DNA of 64,000 bases, taken from Nageia nagi. Its lineage: Eukaryota; Plantae; Pinophyta. Where the stretch lies: contig JBITNC010000001.1 in the NCBI GenBank assembly GCA_050084985.1, forward strand, positions 124,186,001 through 124,250,000, read 5' to 3'. Both the position numbers and the translations under genes were made by a program. The notes under the pieces are model-generated. The model had not been told where the DNA came from. It did not search any database and saw only the letters and a list, made by a program, of their open reading frames with translations. This document shows positions 26,640 to 39,810 of this stretch, in pieces (position 1 is the stretch's first letter; each line of letters begins with the position of its first letter).

Positions 26640-29514
26640 TAATGTTAACCAAGGAACATCCAAAGGAAATATGTTTCAAGCAAACACTATGGTTAGAAAT
26701 GATGGACCAAAAAATGAAGGTACATCATGAGACCATAATGAAAATACTACAATTCAAATGTTACAAGAGTAATTAGAAAAATAATATAAATTTTTGGATA
26801 CTATATTTTATAGATATATGGATAATAACTAAAATAATAGAGAAAATTAGAAGGAATATATAGGTAATACAAAACCTGACCAAGTTAGAGTTAGGGTTGA
26901 GCGAGAATTGGTTAATGGTTTATAAAAAATTTAAGCTCCAAAATTTAATGTGAAAGAGGCTGGTAATTCTATAGAAGAGTGGCTAGAGGATATGGAAACA
27001 TACTTTTCAATGAAAGATATTTCTCCTGAAAAAAAACATTACATGAGAAACCTACAACTTTTAAGAGGCAATGTTACAATTGTGGAAATATTATAAGGAA
27101 GAGAAAAATATCCATGGTATTAACCTTAAGTGGAAGTAATTGATTCCAACATTCAAAAAAACATTCTTGATGGAACCATTTTATTTAGATAAATATGATA
27201 ATTTCTATACTCTTAAACAAAGTTTACTATGTGTACAACCATATCACCAAAAAATTGTTCAACATTTGAAATATATTCTTGAAGATTAAATTCTATGAAG
27301 GTTCATTGATTTATCTTAGGAATGGATCCTAAGATCAAGACTATAATTAGTATGAGTAAACTAATAACCTTGTAACAAGCTTATGACTTATCTTGATAGG
27401 AAGAAAGTAATCTTGAAATCAAAAAGTCATTCATGAAATATAATGTGTTGAATGTAAAAGAAGATAATAAACGAGAAAAAAGGAAGTCCAAGGGATTCAT
27501 GAATTGGGAAAAATAACAATAACAACAACAAAAACAATAAATAATAATAATAAAAGGAATAAAGGGAATAACTATGACTCTCAAAATTAGAATCAATAGT
27601 ATGAAAGTTTTTAATAAAAATAATAATGGAAAAAATTAGAACCCTCATCCCAACAAGAAACAAAATCAAAATAAATTAGACTAAATAGTATGAAAGGAGA
27701 AATGAAGGGTCAAGAGACAATCAATAAAATAGAAAATAGGGACCAACAAAAGTAGTTTGTTGGGTATGTTATGGATATCAATTTGTAAAAAACAATATCC
27801 AAATAGGAAGAGGTAGGAATTTGAACACTAAATATTTTATGCTAAAATGTTTGGTAGGAATTTTAAAATTTTAGTTGATAGTTATGCTACTAAATGTTTT
27901 ATTTCGACTAATATTATTAGAGATATATTGAAGGCACTTGAATTTATGACAAAAGGGTATAAGGTTGAGTATGGGTCTAGAAAAACTTACAATATTAGTT
28001 AATGCCTTAGAAAGGTTAAATAAGAATAACAAAAAGAAACTATAGAATGGGATTTATATGTACAACCTTTACATTCCTTTGATATCATTGTACGAATAGA
28101 TTGCATAAAATCCCATAAGGTGTTAATTTAATTTCATGTTTAGTAGATTGAATTCATCAATATAAATCAAATAAGGTAAAACATATATAGTGATCGAGAA
28201 AAGTTTAAACCATATCTTATAACCATAATGCACTTAAAGAGGACTCTTAGGAAAGGGTAATTAATTTATGCTTTAATATTAAAGAAGTGGAAAAATAAAA
28301 TCAAGAAGAAATTTTTTTTCAATAATATCTAATTCTACAAGAATATTTGGATATTTTTCCTAAAGATTTTCCTTAATTACTAGCACATAGGGAATTTGAT
28401 TTCTCTATTGATTTGATTCCTAGTCCTGAATCTATGTCTAAAATACCTTATAGGATGAAAATAATAGAAATGCAAGAACTAAAATTCCAATTGTAATATT
28501 GTTAAAAAAATGATTGAATTAAACCTAGTGCTTCATAATGGGGAGCTCCAATTATAGGATGTTAAATAAAGTTACAATAAATAATAGATATTATTTGTCA
28601 AGGATAGATGAATTTTTTGATAAACTAAAAGATGCCATTATATTTTGTAAGATTGATTTGAGATAAAGACATAAACTTACATAAAATAATTTTTAAAACA
28701 AGATGTGGCCATTTTGAGTTTATATTTTTACCCTTTGAGTTAACCAATGCACCTACAACTTTCATGAACCTTATGAATTATTATTTTTTAGAATATTTGG
28801 ATAAGTTTGTACTTGTATGCTTGGATGATATTTTGATATATTCAAAAGTTAAGTAGGATTACGAAAATCATTTACTATTAGTTTTGGAAGTTTTGAGGAA
28901 ACAAAAACTTTATAAAAATTATCTAAGTGTGATTTCTTTATTTTTCAAGTGCAATATTTGGATCATGTGATATTTACAGATCCTATTTCAATATATCTAA
29001 ATAAAATAGATGCAATAATGAGTTGGTATACTCCTATAAATATTTTTAAAGTACATAGTTTTATGGGATTGGTTAGGTACTATCATTCTTTATGAAAAAT
29101 TTATTTAAAAAAGTAATTCTATCACAAGTTTGTAGAAAAAGAATCAAGTGTTTTAATGGAGTGAAAAAAATGAGAAAGACTTTTCAAATTTGAATGAAAA
29201 ACTTACAACTCCACCTATTCTCATTATTGCTAATCCTTATGGTAATTTTATAGTATGTACTAATGCTTCTCTTTTGGGATTGGGAGGAGTTTTGTATTAA
29301 GGTGAGAAACTTGTGTCTTATGAATCTCATAAATTGAAAATATATGAGATGAATAATGTCACACATGATCTTGAATTAGTTACCATAGTTCAGCATTAAA
29401 TGTTTGGATACATTATTTTTTTGGAATTCCCTTTGAATTAATGTCATATCTTCATAGCTTAAGGTACATATTTAGTAAATTTAATCTAAATTCTTCTTAA
29501 AGAAGGTGGATGGA
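26640..29514 (+). mobile_element. Degenerate Ty3/Gypsy (Tekay/Del-like) gag-protease-RT-RNaseH, cut off by a nested LTR insertion
   Basis: IEEWLEDMETYF (gag), ILVDSYATKCF (protease), LPFELTNAPTTFM and VLVCLDDILIYS (RT, about 28730-28845), VCTNASLLGLGGVL, THDLELVTIV, RRWMD (RNaseH). Confidence 0.9.
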
Positions 29515-30719
29515 TGTTACATCCCTTTTATTCATTTAGCAGGACTAATTTGGTCACCCTTGTACTATACTTTTCATGTACTTATATTTGTATTGTTGTA
29601 ACTTAGAATAGGATACTTAAGGACTTAATGGACCCCACTATGAGCCCCAAGTGGTACATCTCCCTCCTAAGTACTAGATTAGATATTTATTGCATTAGAT
29701 ATCTTAGATTATGGGAATTCCAAGGTTTATTTATGCATTAGAGTGATGAATAGATACCTACATGCTAGCACCAAACATGGGAGGGTCCACACCACCACAT
29801 TAGCTTAGGATGGCTCAAGATCCCCCATGTTGGCCTAAGATGACTCCAAGATCCCCATGTTGGCATTTGATGCTCATAATCCACCCACCTTTGTATTATT
29901 AACCTTTAGGTACCTATGGTAGGTGACCTATGCCCCCAAAATCCTAATGTTAATTATATGGGCCTAGGATGACTCCTAGATGAGATTTGAACAAATGATA
30001 ATCTACAAATAGACACTACAATTTCTTTACTAGATGATATTAAATATTATTACTTCTTTTATAGTCCATTAGACAATAAGCCTTAATAGTGCTAAGCAAC
30101 TCTTCCTAGGCACATCATCTAGAGGGCATTTAGGTGATGGATCCTATCTTTCTATAGCATTGGTGGAGCACCTTTTCCAATCCAATGCAATTTCAAGAGT
30201 TTGCTTTTACCATTCAATTGGATATATAGAGTTTAAGGAGGGCCTCTTCGATGGAGAGGATTCAAGGTTTGAGGGAGCATATTTTTCCCATGGTTCCATT
30301 ATTGTATTTAATGACTGAGGATATATCATTATGCTCTTGTTGGCTCCTTGGAGGCCAACAATTACCCCTTAGGGATTGGTATTATACACATTTTTATTTT
30401 ATATCATTTATGTAGGCATAGGAAATTTGATCTCATTTTTGTGTTGTGTATATCATACTTGTACATGCATTACATTGTTTATTCTTAAATGTGTATGTAA
30501 GAGCTAGATGTTGGCATTGTGAGTTAGTATTCATTGTAATATGTTTGTATTATCTAAATTTACTATATTTTCATTCGTATGATGCATATTGAATATTATC
30601 ACCCTAACAATGGCATTTAAGGGTTTGTGTGCTTGAAACTTGATGCCCCAAACTTGATGTTTGGGAAATTGTAATTGAATTTGATAATATTTTCTTGAAA
30701 TCTTATTTCAATCCTTATA
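29515..30719 (+). mobile_element. 5' LTR of a second, nested Gypsy element
   Basis: Begins TGTTAC exactly where host RNaseH coding stops; ends immediately before a PBS. Confidence 0.75.
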
Positions 30720-30720
30720 G

Positions 30721-30732
30721 TGGTATGAGAGC
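30721..30732 (+). other. Primer-binding site (tRNA-iMet type)
   Basis: TGGTATGAGAGC, one mismatch to the canonical TGGTATCAGAGC. Confidence 0.8.
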
Positions 30733-30759
30733 TTGGATCTAGCTAGCCTATGTATGAAA

Positions 30760-32340
30760 CCTTGAAGCAATTGCTATTACACCAAATCTTGCATCCAAAT
30801 AAAAAATACATCTGCTAGGAAGAGCAAAAGATCCCATACAAAGGAGGCATCTAAGATGTCCATATAGGAGGAGGATAAAAGGCCATGGATGAAAGTCACT
30901 AGAGGAGAGGCATCTGATGATGAAAGGGAACATAAAAAGATAGAAAAAGGGTCTCCATGAGGAGGAGCTAAACTCTGGTATGTGGATCCACTCCCAAATG
31001 GAAGTTTGATGAGCTCATTTTGACCATTCAAAATATGACTAGAGTGATGAATTTTATGAATCAAAATATGACTAGGCATTGAAGAGAGGTTGATGAGCTA
31101 GAAAGACACCATAACCCCCCACATAATACCAGGGAGGATTAGGAGGTACCACACCATACTTGGAATGAGAGGGAGCCCTCACATCACACCAAAAGTGATA
31201 GAGAGACCCCACTTCTAGCTAAGAATGATAGAGAGGTCCCATGTTTGGTCAAGGATGATAGAGGAGCCCCACATTTGACTAGAGATAATAGAGAAGAGTG
31301 GGTTTAGGAGGCTTAAATAGATAAGTATCATAGCATGAGGATATGTCAAATTTCAAGGGATCAATAATATACTCACCATAAATTGATGGGATAGAGAAAG
31401 ACCACATTCCTGAGGTCCCATTCACACAAAGCACCCTTAGGTACAAACCCTCTCCTAGGGAGGTACCTAGAGGAGGATGTTGGTAGGTTGGATAAGAAGA
31501 TGGTTATTACAATCTATCCAAACCTATGTTTGAACAAAATACTAAAAAGGCTTCAAAGAATAAGATTCCTATCCCATTAGATCTCCATCAAATTTTTAGA
31601 GAATATTCAATGTTGGAGCTGGGGATGAGAAGAGATGTCAAAATCAATGACTGTATTAAGCTCTTGGGGTTGAAAGGGAATAACTTACATGGCCCATGCC
31701 ACTCCAATAGTTAGTGGGAAGAGAAGAAGAACCTATAGTATAAGGTTAGCAAGATGCAAGTACCCATGTATGATGGTAAGAAGATGATAGTTAGCGAATG
31801 GCTGCATCAAATGTTGACTTATTTCATGTTAGACCCTAGTATGGTAGAGGAGGATATGATTCATTTTGCATCATTATATTTGGAGGATGATTCATTATAG
31901 TGGTGGTATCATGGAGTGATTAGCCAAGGTTACTCATTCATCACTTCTTTTGATGAATTTTCTTGATGGTTGGTCAAAAGGTTTGATTGGAAGAAGGAGA
32001 ATAACTACTTTTAGGAATTAACATCGTTGAGGTAGCTAGGTGCAATTGATGAGTATGTTATAGAATTTCAATGGATTATCATTATGATCCATCACATTCT
32101 TGAGTAGAGTCTGGTATTTCTCTTCATAGAGGGCTTGATGGAGTCATTACAAGGGATGATCAAGATGACCTCTCCTAGGACCCTTGATGATACTATCAAG
32201 GAAACTTATGATTTGTATCCCATCCTAAAGTCCTTTAAGGGATTAAAGACACATAAGGTGTCAGCCAATTAGAAGCCATTTACTGAGGGGCCTAGTAGGG
32301 CCAAACCTTTCACCCAAGATGGATCAACTAGATGCAATTA
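30760..32340 (+). pseudogene. Degenerate retrotransposon gag of the nested element, truncated
   Basis: SKMQVPMYDGKKMIVSEWLHQMLTYF...IHFASLYLEDDSL*WWYHG...LFIEGLMESLQGMI. Confidence 0.8.
31168..31295 (+). repeat. 30-bp tandem repeat, about 4 copies, in the gag N-terminal region
   Basis: TGATAGAG at 31197, 31227 and 31257, with a variant at 31287. Confidence 0.75.
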
Positions 32341-32363
32341 AATGAAGATATTGCAAGAATACT

Positions 32364-33310
32364 GTATAGATCAATATATCTTCTCCTCTCTTTCAAGATC
32401 TAGAACACAAAATAGTTGTGTTTTGAGAATCCTCTTTATTCTTCACTTCTTCAAGATAATCCATATGAAATATTAGTTTAAATGCTTATGTATTTATTAA
32501 ATATGTAGATACCTAAAGTATCTAATATTAATTAGTGTATTATTTCTAATAAATTATTAATGGGTTAATTTTGTATTAATAATAAATATGGAGTTTTAGA
32601 GGGTCTCCACAAACTCATACAACATTTCAGCTTTAGAGAACATAATCATCTTAAAACTCAACTGAGATATCCCTCTATGCTACATTCTCCTCTGTCTACC
32701 AAGTAAATTTATGGATTTTAATCTAATCAAACATGAAGACTCTATATATAGTTTGAATTATAAACCCTATTGACTTGGAAAAATAGAAATACCATAAAGC
32801 TTCAAAATTATATGCAAATTAGGTTAATGTTTACTACGTAAAATATTTGCACCATATTAACTTTATCAATAATTTAAACTACTTTTGCCCTAGTGTTGTG
32901 AATTAAATTATTCACATCAAAATTGTACATGAAATTTTAATTTCTTGATTATCTTCACATTTGGATTTTGTAACTCTATGAACCATTGTATGTACTTTTC
33001 TTTGTCCACGTTATGGGGTTTCAAGACCTAGTTATTCTTCAATTCTACATTTTATTGTTCTTGTTTTGATTTTTCCACATTCCCCTTACTATAGAGTGAA
33101 TAATACTATTGTTATTTATATTACCTATGATATTCATTATTTATATCATTGGTTTATTTGGTATTTTATCTTTTTTCCCTAGATCCTCCTTTAGAGATCA
33201 AATATTATTGATGATGGATTGTGTTTTCCTTTCCATTCTGATAGGAAATCAATGTCTTGAATTCTTTATGAGACTACTCTACTTCCTTGATTTTATTTGA
33301 TTGCTTCAAA
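32364..33310 (+). repeat. Dispersed direct repeat, copy 1 (copy 2 at 38602-39810)
   Basis: TATAGATCAATATATCTTCTCCTCTCTTTCAAGATC starts both copies. They are colinear, with several deletions in copy 1. Confidence 0.95.
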
Positions 33311-33329
33311 ATTTATATATTTTTATCCT

Positions 33330-34620
33330 ATTAGAATCAACCCAATACATGTTTATTAATTGTTTGGTTTGCAACGTGCTTCTAGCCATCTCTAGAATAC
33401 TCTTATTTTTCTTTTTACAACTCTATTTTATTGTGCAATATAGGTATTAGTGAGTTTCCTCATAAACCTATTATCCTTACAAAATTGGAGGAATTCATTG
33501 GAGAAAAGCTCTCCATCATGGTTAGTCCTCACAATTTAATTCTATAATCATATTGATTATCTATAAGATGTTTGAAATCTTTGAAATACCTAAATACTTC
33601 ATTTTTTATTTAAGGAAGAAGACCCAACATATTTGGGAGTACATATGAATGAAGGTAAGAAAGTAAGAGTTCCTACCTAAACTTTGAATTTCCATAGGCT
33701 TAAAAATATCTAAGTGAATCAGCTGTAATAGGTATGAGGGCCCATATGCTTCCCCTTTAGTAAATATCTTCCTAACATGCTTCTCAAGATAACACCCTTC
33801 ACACATAGCTTTGGAGTCCTTCACTTTAGAAAAACCACATATTATCTAATGAGATGTCGACAATTTCATGCACCCGAAGTTCAAGTGGCCAAATCTAATA
33901 TGCCATAATCAACTTTATTTTTTAATTACAATTCCATATGTAACCACATTTGCAAGTTTCCCCCTTTCAACTTCACACTATTATGAAAGTAACCTATTCT
34001 TTTTCATGGAAATAATAGTGAATAACTTATTCCCATTATTCTTACTATAAATGATACACTTTCCATCCTTAAAAATAAATTTATAGTTCCTTAGTATGAT
34101 TTTTTCCTATACTTAATAAATTATGCTTCATATTTGGACTATAATAAATATCATGTACCTTCTTATTTCCTTCATTAATAGCCATTCTATTACATCATTT
34201 TCTATAAAAGTCAAGCATTTTTTATCACCACGCATAATTTTATACTTGTAGGAGTGGTTCAAGGAAAAGATAATCTCCTTGTTGCTATTAATATAATTTA
34301 AACACCTCATATAAATCAAGCAAGTATCTTGGAGATTCTTCTTGGGTTGATTAGAATATAGAAATAATATTTCTTCAATAGCAGTCTTTTCCTCTACATA
34401 TTTTTTAGACCTCCCTTAATTACCTTGTTTGAGTCTACACTCCCTCTCAAAATGACCAAATTTATTCTAATAGTAACATTGCATATTTTCCTTATCACCT
34501 CTTCCTCATCCTCAACTATGAGGAGAACCATATTAACCCCATCCACCTCTTCCTTTGAAGGATATTTGGTCTCTTCCTTGACCATTTTTTTGTTATTTTC
34601 TTGAAGGCTTAGCATCAATA
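33330..34620 (-). mobile_element. Ty1/Copia fragment: zinc knuckle, GAG-pre-integrase, integrase
   Basis: WHIRFGHLNF, MCEGCYLEKH, LQLIHLDIFKPMEIQSLGRNSYFLTFIHMYSQICWVFFLK. Confidence 0.9.
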
Positions 34621-34699
34621 CTAGGCACCAATATTAATGGTAGTGAAAGTTCTTTATTTATTTATTTCACTTGTCATCCCCTATAATCTCTTGCAATAT

Positions 34700-35575
34700 T
34701 GTAGTGCATCTATCCTTTCCCTAAAAACATTATACCAAATCCTTTTTCTTTTTCTACAATTTAGTATCCTTTGGACTTATCATGAATGAAATAAACCTTT
34801 TCTCCTTTCACAGTGTCAAAATCCACCTTTATATTTTTATCTAGCATTTGGCTAACTAATAAGAGGTTCTTCATGAGCCCTAGCACATACAAGACCTCTT
34901 TGATATGAAAACTATTATTTCCAAGTCATAAACGAACATCACCCTTACCTTCAATATCATGAGATGTGTCATCACTCAATTGAACTTGACAAGATTTGCA
35001 TTATCACCCAAGAAAGCAAACCAATCCTTTTAACTAATCATGTGCTTAGAAGAACTAAAATCAACATATCAAGTGGATGAGACTAAAGGGTTCGCTTGAT
35101 GAATAAAAGGAAGATCATTAACATCTTTAATCACTTGATCAACATCATTTACAACATTACCCTATTGTTGTCTTCACTATGGTCATCTTTATTTCCACTT
35201 CCATTGATTCTAAGGGTTTTTCCATTTTTATTTTTAATTCTTATTACTCAAATCTTGAGAAAAATAATTATACCAACAATCATGTAATTCATGCCCTTTC
35301 TTGCCATAAATCATACAAGTCTTCTTCTACTTAGTATTGGATTGCTAGAAAAGTTTGCCTTTACCTTTCTATTAGAATAGTTTTTTTCCTTTTTGATTAG
35401 ACACCATGGATTTTTCATCATCATGAGAATTCATATTAGAATCTTCTTCTTGTTACAACATGTTTACTAACTCTTCAAAGTTAGATGTTTCCTTTAGGAT
35501 GTTCAATATCATCACAAATGTATGGTATTTCTCTAGGAGTGCTCTCAACACTATTACCAAAAGTTCAATTTGCAT
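34700..35575 (-). mobile_element. Ty1/Copia fragment: gag C-terminus, zinc knuckle, protease
   Basis: LLVIVLRALLEKYHTFV, CMIYGKKGHELHDC, *YVDFSSSKHMI. Confidence 0.8.
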
Positions 35576-35787
35576 CTTAAAATATGAAAAACAAAAATTG
35601 ATGTTAATTTGTGTCCTCTTGCATTGACATACATTATTTTATTTTATTTTCTATTTTTTCACTTTTTTCAACACAAATTTCGATGCAAATTTTGACATAA
35701 AATTCAATGTAAATTTTGACACAAATTTTATGTCATATTTCACTAACAAAAATATAAACACATTTTACCTATTCATCAATCGACTAA

Positions 35788-35899
35788 TCGATGGTTCACA
35801 TTCATTTCATCCTCCATTCGTACTGAAAGTGATTACCTAATAGTCGATGGTTCACATTCATTTCATCCTCTATCTATACCAAAAGTGATTACCCAATAG
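35788..35899 (+). repeat. 56-bp tandem duplication
   Basis: TCGATGGTTCACATTCATTTCATCCTC...AAAGTGATTACC occurs twice. Confidence 0.9.
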
Positions 35900-36515
35900 C
35901 CAAATACCCTCTCCTATATACATATAAATCTCCATATAATCCTTATATTTCATACACTTCAGCTAATTTTTTCTTCCTTAGTTTTTTAGGTTTCAATTGT
36001 AGCTATGGCACCCAAGGAAAATAAGAAGCCCATAGAGAATAAGCCCATAGAAAAAAAACTCCATAGTTAAAGAAAAGAAAAAAAAAGAATATGCCCATAA
36101 CTATAGAAAAGAAAACTCCTTCAAAGGCTAAAAAAGAAGCAAGCATTAGAAATCTTACTATATTTTTTAGGAAAATAACATATAATAAATTAAAAAATTT
36201 AAAACCTAAACTACTAACCCCATTCCTGGATTGATTTAATAAACCTATGTCATTACCCCAAAGACCTAATAAAAATGATGTACCTTGAAGAGGTTGTAAC
36301 TTTTGATCTGGATATTGTTTTGAACCCTTTTTTAAAATTATATAGAATTAAAAGATCTATGATTTTATGATATTTTCTTTTGAAAAATGATGTAGAAAAT
36401 GATACAAAAATTGATGTAAAATTTGATACAAATTATGAAATTTTGATGCAAATTATGAAATTCCAACAAAAAATTGATGCAAATTCTAAAAAATTATGTA
36501 AAAAATGAAGCAAAA

Positions 36516-36586
36516 AGTGGCTTTAAGGATGTAGAAAGTGGATTTAAAGATGCAAATAGTGGCTTTAAGGATGCAACAAGTGGCCA
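36516..36586 (+). repeat. 21-bp tandem repeat, about 3.4 copies
   Basis: AGTGGCTTTAAGGATG-like unit repeated (SGFKD repeats in the ORF track). Confidence 0.85.
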
Positions 36587-36713
36587 AAAAATGGTACAAA
36601 TTCTAGAGTGTAGTTTGTATCCTTTTTTGCATCAAAAAAATTGGAAAAATACAAAAAAAAAATAACAAAGAGTTTAGACACAAAAAGGATGCAAATCCCT
36701 TTTTTGGTAGTAG

Positions 36714-37179
36714 GCAAAATAATATGTAAAAGAAGCATATCTTCCATCTCTTCACCCAATTTCAATATTGAGGCACGAAGTTTCACAACTCTACGAAGAA
36801 AGGATTTAATTTGTTCACCATTTTTAGTTTGAGGGTGTGTAATTATCCTTGCAAATGTAAAATTTGATTTTTTATTCTTTGAGCCAAAAACTTGCTACAA
36901 TTTCTTTCATGTTATTGTAACATCTTTGATGTCTCAAACATGAGGTTGTAAATCATCTGAAATGCTAAGAAGGATGATCATGTGAGCTTTCTTGCTTCTT
37001 TGATCAAACTTGTTTTGGTTATCTCAAGCTATTGTCAAACGAGTTTCTTTGCCAGTTGCAATATCCCATAATTCTTTGAACTTCAAGATTGTCTAAATCT
37101 TCATCTTCCAAAAGGCATAGTTATTACCCTTCAACACTTGTGAATTGGAAAATAAAATTTTTAGGATTATTTGGGCCAT
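36714..37179 (-). mobile_element. Ty1/Copia gag (UBN2-type) N-terminal fragment
   Basis: LKGNNYAFWKMKI*TILKFKELWDI...KAHMIILLSISDDLQPHV...GEQIKSFLRRVVKLRASILKLGEEMED. Confidence 0.85.
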
Positions 37180-37694
37180 GTTTATTTTTCAAGTTTCGAC
37201 CTTCAATTTCATTGATTTGAAAAAAGAGCACTCTTTGTCTAAGTGTGCAAAAAAGATTGAGCTCCTCTTTCAAATTTTACAATTTTCTTCAAATAATAGA
37301 TCTCTAATGTATTAATTGAGTTTAGCTCAAAAAAAATTTAAATACCTTTATTTTTTATCATATGCCTAAAATAAATTAAGCAAATATCAAAAAAATTGAT
37401 TTAAAGGTATATGGAACTCAAGACTTGTTCTTTTCAAGTTTAATGCTTTATAATGTACCAATGGTTTCACCTTAATGTATAAAGGATTTTGGATATTTTT
37501 ATTTACCTTCAAGTTTTCCTTTCTTTCTTTTTGAAAAAATAATTAATTACTATGTCTTGTAGCAAATAAAATGTATCTTCTCCTTCAAATATTGTACTTA
37601 AATTTGCCGAGCAAATTTATAAACTGTTCTCCTTTCAAAGATTTAATTGAGACTTTAGGCTTTTAAAATGTTATTATTTAACACAATAAACTAT

Positions 37695-38600
37695 GAAAGG
37701 CGAGGGGCTGGGAGTGCGGCGCTGAGCTTAGCGTTCGGACTGCAATTGCTCAAGAGACGCACAAAATGGCTAACGAAGGAAGGTTAGCAGTGCATTGCAG
37801 CATGATTCTGCATTTATTTGGGAGGAGATGCACTCTACTCTCTACATACTTCAATGTGTTTTCAATGGAGAATGCTACGGAAGGAGGGGCCGAGCGATTT
37901 TTGTAGGTTGTGAGTTGTCTGCACTAGGGAGTGCAATGATGGGAGAGGGAGGACTGTAGATACTGGGTGAAGCTGGGGACAGGCTACATGTTGGGCTGGG
38001 CACAGTTGTATTCAAATTACCAATGACATGGCTCGTGAGTTGCAAAACAATTATTTCTCACGTTGGTAGGGACTGGTGCAAGCTATGCTACGTGCATTCA
38101 ATGATCAGTGGCATTTGTTAGAGGATTTGAATGCAAAGAATGATAGCGAAGGAGATCGCACGGTGAGAGGCTTGTTGTTGATAGGCTAAGAACTATCACA
38201 TGCCAAGGAGGCTACGTAGGATGGAGGCAGCGTGGACGTTGGTGGGCAGTACGGGCAGAAGGCCATCGCGAGCTTGATTTAAAATAATTTTGTGGCAGAT
38301 TGTAGGTTTTTTGTATCTTTGGAACAAGGAGCACTGTGAGCGAGTGAGATTTGGCGGGCTTTGCTCAGACTTCCAAGGACGTGACTTTCGTCCACGTTGG
38401 ATGGGAAACATATAGGCTTCACGCCTTACTAGGATAGGGGAGGACAGAATGCACATTTTGCTTACTGCAAATGCAGATCCTGAAAACTCTTTCCGTTATT
38501 TGCTCATTGATATTTCTCACAAGCATTTCGATATGAGATTTCACATATTTGTCTTACATAGAATGACTGTGCTATAGATCTTCCAGAGGTTGGGAGGGAG
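37695..38600 (+). pseudogene. GC/CpG-rich ORF-less island with weak PPR-like fragments
   Basis: Plus-strand NEGRLA, LVSCKTIIS, YVHSMISGIC and MQRMIAKEIA resemble PPR motif pieces; composition differs sharply from the flanks. Confidence 0.4.
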
Positions 38601-38601
38601 G

Positions 38602-39810
38602 TATAGATCAATATATCTTCTCCTCTCTTTCAAGATCTTGAACACAAAATGGTTGTGTTTCGAGAATCCTCTTTGTTCTTCACTTCTTCAAGATAATCAT
38701 CTCTAGGTTATGGAATGAAACTATAGCTTCATTGGGTAGATTGGGAAGAGAAGGAATACAATGCATACCATATTGGAGAGAAGACATAATTAATCATTTT
38801 ATTAATGAGAAGGGTTTACATACAATAAAGAAGTGGGAGTTACATTCGTAGAGATAATTGAATTAACCACAAACACTAATATTAAATTATGAAATATTAG
38901 TATAAATGCTAATGATTTATTAAATATGTAGATACCTAAAGTATCTATTATTAACTAATGTATTATTTCTAATAAATTATTAATGGGCTAATTTGGTATT
39001 AATAAAACAAAATATGGAGTTTTAGAGGGGTCTCCACAAACTTATACAACATTTCGGCTTTAGATAACATAATCATCTTAAAACTCGATTGAGATATCCC
39101 TCTATGCTAAATTCTCCTCTGTTCTACCAAGTAAATTTATGGATTTCAATCTAATCAAGCATGGATACTCTATATATAGTTTGAGTTCTAAACCCTACTG
39201 ACTTGGAAAAATAGAAATACCATAAAGCTTCAAAATTATATGCAAATTAGACTAACATTTACTAAGTAAACTATTTTCACCATATTAACTTTATCAACAA
39301 TTTAATCTACTTTTCCCCTAGTGTCGTGAATTAAATTAAGACTACATTTGACCTATATTCTCACATCAAAATTGTACATGAAATTTTAATTTCTTGATTA
39401 TCCTCATATTTGAATTTTGTAACTCTATGTTACATCATCTCTTCGCTTCTTACTTCTTCCTAGAGGATCAGGTATGGACCATTGCATGTACTTTTCTTTC
39501 TCCACCTTACAGGGTTCAAGACTTGGTTATTCTTCAATTCTACATTTTATTGTTCTTGTTTTGAATTTTCCACATTCCCCTCACCACATAGTGAAGAATA
39601 CTAATGTTATTTATATTCCCTATGATATTCATTATTTCTATCATTATTTTGTTCGATATTTGATCTTTTTTCCCTAGGTCCTCCTTTAGAGATCAAATAT
39701 TGTTGATGATGGCTTGTGTTTTCCTTTCCATTCTAATAGGAAATCAATGTCTTGACTTCTTTATGAGACTACTCGACTTCCTTCTCATCTTGATTTTATT
39801 TGATTGCTTC
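38602..39810 (+). repeat. Dispersed direct repeat, copy 2 (longer copy)
   Basis: Matches 32364-33310; parallel short ORFs 33109-33300 and 39700-39927 are near-identical. Confidence 0.95.

Larger units (their letters stand above)
35580..36712. mobile_element. Putative non-autonomous CACTA-like DNA transposon remnant
   Basis: Right end TTTTTGGTAGTA is approximately the reverse complement of CACTACCAAAAA. Both ends carry short subterminal repeats (AAATTTTGATGCA-like). It abruptly interrupts a Copia gag. The left TIR is not clearly preserved. Confidence 0.45.

Noticed and set aside
38728-38750. TTGGGTAGATTGGGAAGA resembles a miR482-type target site
   Set aside because: Only about 10 contiguous matching bases and outside the island; compatible with chance
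32364-39810. The direct repeats as LTRs of the Copia fragments between them
   Set aside because: No TG...CA ends, PBS or PPT, and the enclosed fragments come from more than one element
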